Shown here piece by piece: positions 18,294-28,016 of a DNA stretch of 64,000 bases. A program made the translations under genes and the position numbers. This DNA is from Candidatus Shapirobacteria bacterium (GTDB lineage Bacteria; Patescibacteriota; Microgenomatia; UBA12405; BS750m-G30), in assembly GCA_043817235.1 (NCBI GenBank), contig JBDRHA010000011.1, forward strand, positions 260,622 through 324,621, given 5' to 3'. Below the pieces are notes generated by a model, which did not search any database, was not told the DNA's origin, and saw only the letters and a list, made by a program, of their open reading frames with translations. Within the stretch, counting starts at the first letter, position 1; every line of letters starts with the position of its first letter.

Positions 18294-21233
18294 TCAGCGG
18301 CTCAGCTCCAGAGCAAGCGGCCAATCGCTGGTAAACAAGCCCTCAAAAATAAGAGCTTCTTGATCTAAAACTGCTGGCCGGCTTGTTTGCAAAGGCTTAA
18401 AACCCTCCGGCAAAATAATCGCCACTTTTAAAGGAGAATTCCCCATTCCTGACTGCTTCTGCAGGTAAAGCAAATAATGCCAGCCGTCTTGGGGCAAATT
18501 TATTTTTTGGGAATACTCCACCTCCACCACCCGCCGAGAATTGATCGGCACTTCTACCAAAAATCCCAAAACTAATTTTTCTTTTTCCCTTTCCTGATCA
18601 AGTTCATCGCGAACAATGATTTTTTGACTATCTTCCTTTCCTTTTAAAGGATCGTAAATAATCACCCTGTCAATGCTCGTTCCTAAAGGAAGAAAAAGGC
18701 GCAAGTAATTTTTATACTCTCCGCCCGGCCAGCTAGTGCTTTGGCTGGTGTTTTCATAATTAATTTGAAGAACATGATTAATTTTTTCTTGACTTGGATC
18801 TATTAGTAGATTTAAGCTGCGGCGCAAAAAATAATTAGCCTTGTTAACGCCCAAGTTTGCTTCTACTAGGAAAAGATAATCGCTAAAACTTGACTGCTTG
18901 CCTAAGGTTACTGACTTTATTCGACCATCCCAATTATTCGCCTGTAAAGCCTGATTTATTTCAGGGTCAGTAGTAGAAATCAAAATTTCTTTTTCTTCAA
19001 GCGAATCTAAAACAGCCTGGGCCAGGGGATAGGCCACTTGATCGGGGGTGTTTTGGGTTACTGCCAAAATCTGGCCGGCTAAAGCAGAAAGAAAAGAGGC
19101 TTTTTGAGTTGAGCCGGGGAAAAAGTTAGTTTCCGAGTAAAATTCAGCTTTGGCAAAAAGATTGTCAGCATTTATTTTTTCATTGTAGTCGGCCAAATAA
19201 ACTTCGCCGATTTGAGAAAGGATTTTTCTAGCACTATCCAAGTTAAGGCTAATCACTGCGTCCACGCTCGCGCCTGTTTCTTTTTGATAAAACCAGCTGA
19301 TTTTCTCGGCGCTGGTCGGAAAATCCGGGCTCCAGTTGCTGTCCCGTAAATACCAGCCGGATTCGCCCAAAATATTTTTTAGCACTAAAGGAGGCTCGAC
19401 ATGACCCGCCAATTGGCCATCAACAGTATACACGTCTTCCACTTTAAACTGGCTAATTTTGCCGTTGCTTACTTCCAAAATGGCCAAAGAGCCAATAAAG
19501 CCGCCCGTGGGTCTTAATTCCATATTATTTTGAAAAACAATCAAAATTCGGCGCGGCTCTTTTTGTCCCAACCACCAGTCAAAGCCAACAAGCATTTTTT
19601 CGCTTTTAGCTAAAATCTCCTGAGCCTTGGCTATCTTTTCCTGCCAATCAATTAAATTACTTCTTTTAATTAAGAAATTAAAATTATTGCCGCCGCCCGC
19701 TAATTCGGCCGATAATAAATTCACTCTTCGGCTTAAAGCTTCTTCCTGAATCCGAATTTTATCGCCAACAAGAAAGGCGTCTCCTTCCCCCTGCCAAAGA
19801 GCCCGATTAAGCTCCAAGCCAAGATCAGCCAAGGCCCCTGCCTGGCTAAGAACGCTGCTCGCCTTTTTCCCGCTTTGCGCCAAAGATAGTCCTTTTTGAC
19901 CTAAGCCCGCTTGCCAGAAAGAAAAGACTTGATCAAAATACAGTTCTGCTTTTTGGGCTTGAGCCCCTGCTTCTTTCCAAAGATAATTTTGGCTATTTTT
20001 CAGTCCCCCGGCAAGCTGAAAATAAGCTAATCCTAAATAAAAACCGCCCGCTAAAAAAGGAGTAAATAAATAGCCCAAAAGCATTAAAGCAAAGGCTGGA
20101 ATCAGCCAGGAAACTCTTCGTTTTTTAAACTGTTTTGGAGCCTTTTCCTCTAATGCAGGTATTTTTACCACTTCTTGTTTTGGCTCTGTTTTAACCTCTT
20201 CTTCCTGCCAGCGGGCCTTCACTATAATCGGAGAAAGAGGCAAAGGCAAGGCCTGCTCCGGCTCTTGATCCCAAAAATTCTGATCTATGGCTAAAGAAGG
20301 GTCCCTTTTCTTTTTTTTAAGTAATTTTTTAGGCTTTGGAAGCTTAGTGCTTACTACTCGCGGTTTAAAATATTCTTTTTCTTCCTTTTTTGACTCTTCT
20401 TTCTTCGGCAAAAATTCTTTAGGAGCAAAATCAAGCTCTTTTTTTTCTTTTTTCTGGAAAAAATATTGCAAAGTTTTATCTACTCCCTTTTTCCAAGAAA
20501 CCAAAGGCTCCCAGCCAAAATCTTCCTTAAGCTCGTTTTCCTTAGCCGAATTTATCTCTGGCAAAACCAGGTCGGTATCCACCCGAATGCCATTAGTAAA
20601 TTGTGATCTTTTTTCCAAATAATCCAAAAACCTCTGCCAGCTAACCTTTTTGCCCACCAAAAGCATCTCTTTTTTCTCCATTGCCGGAGAGAAAAGAGCC
20701 TGTTCTAAAAAATTACAGCAGTCGGTAATATAAAGAGGATAAATATGCCCGAGTTCAGAAAAAGGAAGGGTAATTTTTTCATTCAAAACTGCTTTTAAAA
20801 GCACCTTGTTTAAAAAGGTCAATTCTTCCAGTTTTTCTGTCGGTCCAAAAACAAAAGAGGTTTTGGCCAGTCTCCAATCTAAACCATTTTCTTCTTTATC
20901 CAGAACCAACCCTTTTTGCTCTTGATCCACTACCGAAAGCAAGCGGGAGTTTTTTTCTTGAGCAATCCGACAGCTATCAGAAAAGTTCAGAAAATCGACA
21001 AAATAATCTATTTTTTCCGGAAGCGCGCTAAGCCAATCTTGAGCCAAAGAAAAAACTTTTAAATGAGGGTGCGCCTCTAGTCCTTTTTGGCTGTTAACTA
21101 CTGTCCAAATTTCCAGCTGACTGCCTAATAACTGGCGCAAAAAATTGCTCCCCAAAAAAGTATCTGCTCCTAAAAATAATATTTTCGGAGTTTGCCAAGA
21201 GACATCAACTCTGATTAAAGGCTTTTTGGGCAT
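18294..21233 (-). CDS. Large membrane-anchored protein: N-terminal degenerate NAD-epimerase-like Rossmann domain, Lys-rich linker, TM helix, C-terminal DUF4012-like domain
   Basis: ILFLGADTFLGSNFL mimics the SDR-e glycine motif with the middle Gly lost. KKEKKE linker. TM helix (WLIPAFALMLLGYLFTPFLAGGFYLG). Large extracytoplasmic domain (RPTGGFIGSLAILEV...). Confidence 0.5.
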   Translation of the reverse strand: MPKKPLIRVDVSWQTPKILFLGADTFLGSNFLRQLLGSQLEIWTVVNSQKGLEAHPHLKVFSLAQDWLSALPEKIDYFVDFLNFSDSCRIAQEKNSRLLSVVDQEQKGLVLDKEENGLDWRLAKTSFVFGPTEKLEELTFLNKVLLKAVLNEKITLPFSELGHIYPLYITDCCNFLEQALFSPAMEKKEMLLVGKKVSWQRFLDYLEKRSQFTNGIRVDTDLVLPEINSAKENELKEDFGWEPLVSWKKGVDKTLQYFFQKKEKKELDFAPKEFLPKKEESKKEEKEYFKPRVVSTKLPKPKKLLKKKKRDPSLAIDQNFWDQEPEQALPLPLSPIIVKARWQEEEVKTEPKQEVVKIPALEEKAPKQFKKRRVSWLIPAFALMLLGYLFTPFLAGGFYLGLAYFQLAGGLKNSQNYLWKEAGAQAQKAELYFDQVFSFWQAGLGQKGLSLAQSGKKASSVLSQAGALADLGLELNRALWQGEGDAFLVGDKIRIQEEALSRRVNLLSAELAGGGNNFNFLIKRSNLIDWQEKIAKAQEILAKSEKMLVGFDWWLGQKEPRRILIVFQNNMELRPTGGFIGSLAILEVSNGKISQFKVEDVYTVDGQLAGHVEPPLVLKNILGESGWYLRDSNWSPDFPTSAEKISWFYQKETGASVDAVISLNLDSARKILSQIGEVYLADYNEKINADNLFAKAEFYSETNFFPGSTQKASFLSALAGQILAVTQNTPDQVAYPLAQAVLDSLEEKEILISTTDPEINQALQANNWDGRIKSVTLGKQSSFSDYLFLVEANLGVNKANYFLRRSLNLLIDPSQEKINHVLQINYENTSQSTSWPGGEYKNYLRLFLPLGTSIDRVIIYDPLKGKEDSQKIIVRDELDQEREKEKLVLGFLVEVPINSRRVVEVEYSQKINLPQDGWHYLLYLQKQSGMGNSPLKVAIILPEGFKPLQTSRPAVLDQEALIFEGLFTSDWPLALELSR

Positions 21234-21397
21234 TGTTTAATTTTACCGAGCAAAAACCTCTGGTTCAACTGCAAAAAAGGATTGCGGAGATAATTCGGAG
21301 ATAATGCGGAAATATTCTCCTTGCTTTTTGTGGAAAACTACTTTAGAATTTAAATTGTTTCCTGCCTTCTATTCCTGCTTTTTTTAATGATAATATA
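21234..21397. promoter_or_regulatory. Divergent promoter region upstream of dnaA containing a DnaA-box-like 9-mer. Candidate oriC flank.
   Basis: TGTGGAAAA at 21329-21337 is the reverse complement of TTTTCCACA, one mismatch from the TTATCCACA consensus. It lies at the minus/plus gene-orientation switch. Confidence 0.4.
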
Positions 21398-22774
21398 ATG
21401 ACCAATAAAAAGAAAATCTCTTCATTTTGGCAGGATGCTTTAGAAGAAATAAAGCTAGAGGTGGGTCCGGCAGTTTTTCAAACTCTTTTTTCGCCCACAA
21501 AAATTAAAAAAGTCAGCTTTTCTTTAAAAGAGGTGGTTTTTTCTACTTCCAGTTCCTATATTGCTGATCTTCTTTCCCGCCGCTATCGGGGCTTGATTCA
21601 GCAAGCCTTGGAAAATCAGCTGGGGTTTAAAATAAAAAAAATCGCTTTTCAGCTAAAAAAAGAAGCAAAGAGTACCGTTGATACTGGTCCCCTTTTTGCC
21701 TCACCAAATACTGCTTCTTTTCCTGTAGTAAATCACCAGCAGCAATATAATCCCAAAACCGGGCTTCATCCTAAATTTACTTTTGAAACTTTTGTAGTTG
21801 GCAATTCTAATAATGTTGCCTATGCTGCCGCTCAAGGAATTATTAAAAATCCGGGCTTGGCCTATAATCCCTTTTTTTTATGGGGGGGCGTCGGCGTAGG
21901 AAAAACCCATTTGCTTCAGGCTATTGGCCACGAGATCAGCAAAATGCATCCGTCCAAGAAAATTCTTTACAGCACCACAGAAAATTTTACCAACGAACTG
22001 GTTTCCTCTTTGCGAGAAAAGAACATGGCTCAATTCAAACAAAAGTTTAGACAGCCGGATGTTTTTTTGATTGACGATATCCAGTTTATCGCCGGAAAAG
22101 AGTATGTCCAAGAAGAATTTTTCCATACTTTTAATTCTCTGTATATTGCTGAAAAGCAAATAATTTTAACTTCCGACCGCAAACCAGAAGAAATTCACCC
22201 GGTAGAAGAAAGGCTTATTTCCCGATTTATGGGAGGGTTAACTATTGATGTTCAGTCTCCTGATTTTGAAATGAGGGTAGCCATTTTGAAACAAAAAAGC
22301 CGCAACAGGAGAATAGTTCTTCCTGAAGAAGTAATTAGTTTCATTGCGGAAACTATTATTTCCAATACTCGCGAGCTCGAAGGAGTTTTGTCTCAAATTA
22401 GCGCCCGGGCGGAAAGCGAAGAGAGCGAAATTGATCTTGAATTTGTTAAAGAGTTTTTTGGCATCAGGGCTCAAAAAAGCAAAAAAAGAGTATCTTCGCG
22501 CCGCATTTTATCTGTGGTAGGAAAATCTTTTAAAGTAAAAACCAGCGCCCTTTGTGGAAAAAGTCGAAAAAAAGACTTAGCCTTAGCCCGACACATTTGC
22601 GCTTATTTATTGCGTAAGGAATTAGAGCTACCTTTGCAAAAAATTGGCGAAATCTTAGGAGGAAGAGACCATACCACAATTATGCATGCCCAAAATAAAA
22701 TTGACCGAGCTTTTTCCACTAATCAACAAATTCGCCACCAAATCATTAATATTCAAAAGGCGATTTATCAGTAA
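21398..22774 (+). CDS. dnaA: Chromosomal replication initiator protein DnaA
   Basis: Walker A GGVGVGKTHLLQAIGHE. Walker B FLIDDIQF. Sensor and DNA-binding helix (LCGKSRKKDLALARHICAYLLRKELELPLQKIGEILGGRDHTTIMHA). Confidence 0.95.
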   Translation: MTNKKKISSFWQDALEEIKLEVGPAVFQTLFSPTKIKKVSFSLKEVVFSTSSSYIADLLSRRYRGLIQQALENQLGFKIKKIAFQLKKEAKSTVDTGPLFASPNTASFPVVNHQQQYNPKTGLHPKFTFETFVVGNSNNVAYAAAQGIIKNPGLAYNPFFLWGGVGVGKTHLLQAIGHEISKMHPSKKILYSTTENFTNELVSSLREKNMAQFKQKFRQPDVFLIDDIQFIAGKEYVQEEFFHTFNSLYIAEKQIILTSDRKPEEIHPVEERLISRFMGGLTIDVQSPDFEMRVAILKQKSRNRRIVLPEEVISFIAETIISNTRELEGVLSQISARAESEESEIDLEFVKEFFGIRAQKSKKRVSSRRILSVVGKSFKVKTSALCGKSRKKDLALARHICAYLLRKELELPLQKIGEILGGRDHTTIMHAQNKIDRAFSTNQQIRHQIINIQKAIYQ

Positions 22775-23032
22775 ATGAATAGTTTTCCACAAAAGGTCTA
22801 TTTTTATCCCCAATGCTTTCAACTAAAACCAAGCAGTTTTCCGCCAAACTTAACCCGAACTGATTCCTTCGTTATAAGTCAAAATACAATAAAACAATTA
22901 AATTATCGGCAAATTTTTAGTTATAAACCGAGTATTTGGCCAGAAGCCAAGAAGGGTTGTTCACTTATTGACAACACCTACTATTACTAATACTATTTAG
23001 TAACTAATATCCTTATTAACAATATAATACTT
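22775..23032. promoter_or_regulatory. dnaA–dnaN intergenic region with DnaA-box-like 9-mers and an AT-rich stretch. Candidate oriC/DUE.
   Basis: TTTTCCACA at 22783-22791 and TTATCCCCA at 22804-22812. A strongly AT-rich segment 22960-23032 (ctactattactaatactatttagtaactaatatccttattaacaatataatactt) precedes dnaN. Confidence 0.45.
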
Positions 23033-24157
23033 ATGAAAATAGAAATCCTGCAAGAAGAACTGAATAAAGCTTTGGCAACCGTAAACCGCTTTGTTGATTC
23101 CCGACCTCAGCTTCCTATTTTAACTAATATTCTTTTTAGCACTAAAGGAAAGAAGCTAAAATTATCAGCTACCAATCTTAATTTGGGAATTAATTTAAAT
23201 TTGGGAGCAAAAGTAGAAAAAGAAGGCCAAATTGCTATTCCGGCGCGGGAAATTACGGAATTTATTTCCTATTTGTCGCCCGGGCCTCTTTCTTTGGAAT
23301 TAATTAATAATCAGCTAGTTGTGGCGAGCGCGAGCAATAAAGCAAGCTTTGTAGGAATTAAACCAGAGGAGTTTCCTTCTTTGCCTCAGCTTCCCTCTAA
23401 AAATACTTTTTCTTTAGAAGCCAAAAGTTTAAGTCAGGCGGTAGCTGAAGTAAGTTTTGCGGCGGCGACTGATGAAACCCGGCCGGTTTTAGCGGGTATT
23501 TATTGGGAGTTTTTAGCCAAAGAGTACAGGATGGTGGCTACTGATGGTTACCGGCTTTCTTTAAAAAAGGTAGGGTTAAAAAAAGAAGTAGCTTCGGATA
23601 AGAAAAAAGTGATTTTCTTACTGCCGGCAAGAAGTTTGGCCGAAGTTGTTCGTTTAACTGACGCTGATTTTGTTGAAGTGGGCTTAACCAAAGAAGAGAA
23701 CCAGGTAGTTTTTGGCTTAGGCAATGCTCAAATTTCTTCCCGACTTTTGGAAGGAGAATTCCCGGAATTTGAAAAAATTATTCCGACAACCAGTAAAACC
23801 CGAGTTTGGGTGGACAAAACAGATTTACATTCGGCTACTAAAACAGCTTCGGTTTTTGCTAAGGAAAAAGCTAATATTGTTATTTTGGAAATTAGCAAAA
23901 AGGAGATTGTTATTAGAGCCGATGCTCCGCAAATGGGCGAAAATCAAAGTATTGTGGCGGCCAAAGTAGAAGGCGAGCCTTTGAAGATTGCTTTTAATTT
24001 TAAGTTTTTACTGGATTTTATTAATGCCGCACCTCAAGAGGAAAATAATTTGCTTTTGGAATTTACCCAAGGCCTGTCTCCGGCTTTATTTAAAATAGAA
24101 GGCGATGATACTTGGCTTCAAGTTATTATGCCTGTCCGGCTAGAAAACGAAGAATAA
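23033..24157 (+). CDS. dnaN: DNA polymerase III beta sliding clamp
   Basis: 374 aa. N-terminal MKIEILQEELNKALATVNRFV.. pattern and three-domain length typical of DnaN. Immediately downstream of dnaA. Confidence 0.9.
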   Translation: MKIEILQEELNKALATVNRFVDSRPQLPILTNILFSTKGKKLKLSATNLNLGINLNLGAKVEKEGQIAIPAREITEFISYLSPGPLSLELINNQLVVASASNKASFVGIKPEEFPSLPQLPSKNTFSLEAKSLSQAVAEVSFAAATDETRPVLAGIYWEFLAKEYRMVATDGYRLSLKKVGLKKEVASDKKKVIFLLPARSLAEVVRLTDADFVEVGLTKEENQVVFGLGNAQISSRLLEGEFPEFEKIIPTTSKTRVWVDKTDLHSATKTASVFAKEKANIVILEISKKEIVIRADAPQMGENQSIVAAKVEGEPLKIAFNFKFLLDFINAAPQEENNLLLEFTQGLSPALFKIEGDDTWLQVIMPVRLENEE

Positions 24158-25008
24158 TGGTATCCAGAAAATCCGGTTTTACGCCTTTGCCTATTTCTCA
24201 ACTGGAAAGATTAAGCATTAAACTGCGACGCAAGGTAATTACTAGCCTTTATCAAGCCGGATCCGGCCACCCGGCTGGCAGTTTGTCCAGTATAGATATT
24301 TTAATTGCCTTATATTTTGGTGGAATTTTAAAGTATCAAGCTCAAGACCCGGGTTGGCTGGAGAGGGACCGGTTTTTACTTTCTGCCGGCCACTATTGCC
24401 CGGCGCTTTATACAGTTTTGGCTGAGGCTGGTTTTTTTCCAGAGCAAGAACTGAGCGCTTTGCGCTCTTTTGGCTCTGGCCTTCAAGGTCATCCGGAAAA
24501 GGGTAAATTGGCGGGAGTGGAAACAAGCAGCGGCAGTCTTGGGCAGGGATTATCTTTGGGAGTGGGATTAGCCTTGGCTGCTAAAAAAGAACGGAGATTT
24601 GATTATAATGTTTTTATTTTGCTTTCTGATGCTGAGCACCAAGAGGGTCAAATTTGGGAAGCAGTGATGAGCGCTTATAAGTTTAAGTTGAATAATTTGG
24701 TGGCCATTGTAGATCGCAACCAAATTCAAATTGGCGGCTTAACTTCCCGGATTATGCCCCTAGATTCTTTGACCAATAAATATCGCTCTTTTGGCTGGCA
24801 GGTGATAGAAACCAATGGCCATGAGTTTCGCCGCCTGCTTACCGCTCTTCATCAGGCTCGCACCGAAAGACAAAAGCCTTCGGTAGTGGTAGCAGATACT
24901 ATTGCTGGCAAAGGAGTTTCTTTCATGGAAGGAAAGGCTTGCTGGCACGATAAAGCGCTAACTGAACAAGATTGGCAAAGAGCTCTGGGAAGTTTAAAAG
25001 GGAAGTGA
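24157..25008 (+). CDS. Transketolase N-terminal (TPP-binding) subunit of a split transketolase
   Basis: GSGHPAGSLSSIDILIALYF, GHYCPALYTVL, GSLGQGLSLGVGLALAAK and the GDG-like EGQIWEA region. Ends at about 284 aa with no C-terminal half. ATG at 24157 overlaps the dnaN stop (TAATG). Confidence 0.85.
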   Translation: MVSRKSGFTPLPISQLERLSIKLRRKVITSLYQAGSGHPAGSLSSIDILIALYFGGILKYQAQDPGWLERDRFLLSAGHYCPALYTVLAEAGFFPEQELSALRSFGSGLQGHPEKGKLAGVETSSGSLGQGLSLGVGLALAAKKERRFDYNVFILLSDAEHQEGQIWEAVMSAYKFKLNNLVAIVDRNQIQIGGLTSRIMPLDSLTNKYRSFGWQVIETNGHEFRRLLTALHQARTERQKPSVVVADTIAGKGVSFMEGKACWHDKALTEQDWQRALGSLKGK

Positions 25009-26132
25009 AAAAAAAACTAAAAGTTGCTCTTGTCCATGATTATTTAATTGACTATGCTGGGGCGGAAAGAGTTTTGTCTGCTTTAAAAGAAGTTTATCCT
25101 CAGTCTCCGGTTTATGTTTCTATTTATAAGCCGGAGTTGCTAGGCCCTTTTAAAAATAAAGTTAAAAATTGGGAAATCAAAGCTTCCTGGTTTCAAAAAA
25201 TTCCTTGGCCTGCAAAACTAATTTCTCCTTTGCGTTTTTTTCTTCCTCTAATTTGGGAAAGTTTTGATTTTCAAGGCTATGATCTGGTAATCTCTTCTTC
25301 TTCCTGGGCAATGCCGAAAGGAGTAATTACTGCTCCGGAAACTTTACATATCTGCTATTGCCATACGCCGCCTCGCTCTTTGTATGGCTATCCTACTACT
25401 CGCTCTTGGCAAAAATATTGGTTAATTAGAGCTTATGCTAAAGCAATTAATGGGTTTTTAAAAAAATATGACCGAGTCTCTTCGGCTAGGGTTGATTATT
25501 TTATTGCTAATTCTAAAGAAGTGAAGGGACGGATTAAGAAGTTTTACCAGCGAGGTTCTCAAGTTATTAATCCACCGGTGGAAATACCCAAAAAAATCAA
25601 GAAAGCAAAGATCACTAAAGACTCCCCTTATTTCTTTGTTTCTCGCTTGGTCGGCCCGAAAAATCCGGATTGGGCGATCAAGGCTTGCGGCGAATTAAAA
25701 AGACCGCTTTTGTTAGCCGGAGGAGGGTTATTGGCCAATAAGGTTAAGAAGCTAGCAAGCTGTTATTCAAATATTAGCTATTTGGGAAGGGTTAGTGATG
25801 CTCAGCTAGCCAAGCTTTACACTTCTTGTCGGGCGGTAATTTATCCAGTGATAGAAGAGGACTTTGGAATTGTTCCAGTAGAGGCGGCCGCGTACGGCAA
25901 GCCAGTAATTGCTCACTTTTCCGGCGGAGCAAAAGAGACGGTAAAGGACGGCGTAACCGGAGTGTTTTTTAAAGGAAAAGGAATAGAGTCATTAAAAAAA
26001 GCAATTTTGCAGTTTGAAAAAAGGGAAAATAAATTTGACTCAAAAGTGATTAGGTCTTGGGCCAAGAAATTTTCCAAAAAAAGATTTAAAAAAGAAATAA
26101 AAGACTTTGTGGAGGAAAAGCTAAATGCCTGA
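25005..26132 (+). CDS. Glycosyltransferase family 4 (GT-B)
   Basis: LKVALVHDYLIDYAGAERV N-terminus. C-terminal E-x7-E-type region (VIYPVIEEDFGIVPVEAAAYGKPVIA). Probable GTG start at 25005 overlapping the tkt stop (GTGA). The track ORF starts at 24972. Confidence 0.8.
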   Translation: MKKKLKVALVHDYLIDYAGAERVLSALKEVYPQSPVYVSIYKPELLGPFKNKVKNWEIKASWFQKIPWPAKLISPLRFFLPLIWESFDFQGYDLVISSSSWAMPKGVITAPETLHICYCHTPPRSLYGYPTTRSWQKYWLIRAYAKAINGFLKKYDRVSSARVDYFIANSKEVKGRIKKFYQRGSQVINPPVEIPKKIKKAKITKDSPYFFVSRLVGPKNPDWAIKACGELKRPLLLAGGGLLANKVKKLASCYSNISYLGRVSDAQLAKLYTSCRAVIYPVIEEDFGIVPVEAAAYGKPVIAHFSGGAKETVKDGVTGVFFKGKGIESLKKAILQFEKRENKFDSKVIRSWAKKFSKKRFKKEIKDFVEEKLNA

Positions 26133-26940
26133 GCTGCCGGAGATAGAAACTATTAAAAAAGGATTGGAAAAGCTGATTGTCGGAAAAAAAATAAAAAGTA
26201 TCTCTGCCGCTAGTCCTAAACAAATAAAACCTTCTTTAAAAGAGGTTAAAAAAAATATTGTTGGTAAAAAAATTAAAAAAGTAAAAAGAAGAGGAAAGCT
26301 TTTATTAATTATTTTAGAAAAAAACTTGGTTTTGGGAGTTCATTTAAAGATGACCGGAAGACTTTTTTTCCGAATAAAAATTGATCCGGAAGACGACTAT
26401 CAAAGGGCAGTAATTAGTCTTTCAGAAGGTGCTGAATTAAGATTAAGTGATTTGCGCAAATTTGCTTATATTCGGCTAATTAAAGGGAAAAACAATTTAG
26501 ATAATATTTTAAACGAGTTTGGCCCGGAACCTTTTTCCGATCTAAGCTTTTCTTATTTTAAAAAACTTCTATCGTCAACTTCACGATCAATAAAAGTATT
26601 ATTAATGGATCAAAGCAAGATTTCTGGAATTGGCAATATTTATGCCAATGAGGCCCTGTTTTTGGCTCGTCTTGATCCTAGAAAGAGCGCTAATGAAATT
26701 AGTGAAAAAAAAGTAAAAAAACTGTATGAAGCGATTTTAGAAGTACTAAAAAGGGGTTTGCAATATCGGGGAGCCTCAGATCAGTATTATTTAGACGCGA
26801 AAGGGGAAAAAGGCTCTTATCAAGACCATTTTTTGGTTTACAAAAGAGAGGGTCAAAAATGCTTCGGTTGCCCAGGAAAAGTAAAAAGAATAAAACTAGG
26901 CGGCCGGGGCACTTTTTTTTGCCCGGCTTGCCAAAAATAA
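26125..26940 (+). CDS. mutM: Formamidopyrimidine-DNA glycosylase (Fpg/MutM)
   Basis: N-terminal MPELPEIET with catalytic Pro2/Glu3. H2TH region. C-terminal zinc finger CFGCPGKVKRIKLGGRGTFFCPACQK. Confidence 0.85.
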   Translation: MPELPEIETIKKGLEKLIVGKKIKSISAASPKQIKPSLKEVKKNIVGKKIKKVKRRGKLLLIILEKNLVLGVHLKMTGRLFFRIKIDPEDDYQRAVISLSEGAELRLSDLRKFAYIRLIKGKNNLDNILNEFGPEPFSDLSFSYFKKLLSSTSRSIKVLLMDQSKISGIGNIYANEALFLARLDPRKSANEISEKKVKKLYEAILEVLKRGLQYRGASDQYYLDAKGEKGSYQDHFLVYKREGQKCFGCPGKVKRIKLGGRGTFFCPACQK

Positions 26941-26945
26941 AAAAC

Positions 26946-28016
26946 ATGTGGCTGGAAAAACTAAAATTAACGAACTTTCGCAGTTATTCAAAAGCGGAAT
27001 TTTCTTTTGCTTCGAAAACTAATTTAATCTTAGGCTCAAACGCGATCGGAAAAACAAATCTTTTGGAAGCGATATATTTGTTAGGCACCGGCCTTTCTTT
27101 TCGGGCTGAGGTTGCCGGGCAAATGATTAGCTGGCAAAAAGATTTTGGAGTAGCGGAAGGGAAAGTGAAAGAGAGCCAAGAAGAAGTAAACTTGCTTATT
27201 CAATTGCAAAAAACTCCGGGGGGATTAACGAAAAAAAACTTTTTACTAGATGGTTTGGCAAAATCCAGAAAACTTTTTTTGCCTAATTTTTTTACGGTTT
27301 GTTTTCGGCCGGAAGATATTCGTCTGGTTTCCGGCCCTCCGGAGCGGCGAAGAAAACTGATAGACGAAATTTTGCTGGTTTTAGACTGGCGCTATCAGCA
27401 GAGTTTGCGGGTTTACAACAAGGCTTTAAAACAACGCAACCGGCTTTTGGATGAAATTAAAGAGAGAAAATCCCAATTTTCCGAGCTCTTTTATTGGGAT
27501 AGTGCTTTAATTAAGAATGGCCAGTTTTTAACCGAACAGCGAAAAAAACTGGTAGATTTTTTTAACCAATTTCTTTTTTCTTCTCCTCATCAATTTCTTT
27601 CCCAAATTAGCTTGGCTTATCTGCCCAATCCTGTAACCAGCCAAAGGTTAAGAAACTCTTTAAAAAAAGATGTAGAAAGTGGCTATACAGGCGTTGGGCC
27701 GCATAAGGACATATTTTTTATTGAAAGCCGGCAGTTTAAGGCGGCGAATAAAAATATTGCTTTTTGGGGTTCACGCGCTCAGCAGAGGCTTGCGGTTTTA
27801 GGCCTAAAATTGGCTCAGCTGGAGCATATTTATCAACAAACTAAAAGGAGACCGGTTCTGCTTTTGGATGATATCTTTTCTGAGCTGGACCCGGTTCAGC
27901 AAAAATTACTTCAAAAAATTTTTACTGACCACCAGGTTATTATTACTAGTTCTCACCCTCTATCTTTAGATTATTTTTCTTTTGAAAACCAGATTGTTTT
28001 AAAGGAGGACAAGTGA
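26946..28016 (+). CDS. recF: DNA replication and repair protein RecF
   Basis: MWLEKLKLTNFRSYSKAEFSF...ILGSNAIGKTNLLEAIYLL Walker A. C-terminal signature/Walker B (LLLDDIFSELD). Start at ATG 26946. The track ORF starts upstream at 26859. Confidence 0.9.
   Translation: MWLEKLKLTNFRSYSKAEFSFASKTNLILGSNAIGKTNLLEAIYLLGTGLSFRAEVAGQMISWQKDFGVAEGKVKESQEEVNLLIQLQKTPGGLTKKNFLLDGLAKSRKLFLPNFFTVCFRPEDIRLVSGPPERRRKLIDEILLVLDWRYQQSLRVYNKALKQRNRLLDEIKERKSQFSELFYWDSALIKNGQFLTEQRKKLVDFFNQFLFSSPHQFLSQISLAYLPNPVTSQRLRNSLKKDVESGYTGVGPHKDIFFIESRQFKAANKNIAFWGSRAQQRLAVLGLKLAQLEHIYQQTKRRPVLLLDDIFSELDPVQQKLLQKIFTDHQVIITSSHPLSLDYFSFENQIVLKEDK

Noticed and set aside
20287-20622. 111-aa plus-strand ORF inside the 979-aa gene
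   Set aside because: It is antisense to the Lys/Glu-rich linker region and is low-complexity (S/F/K-rich). Spurious.
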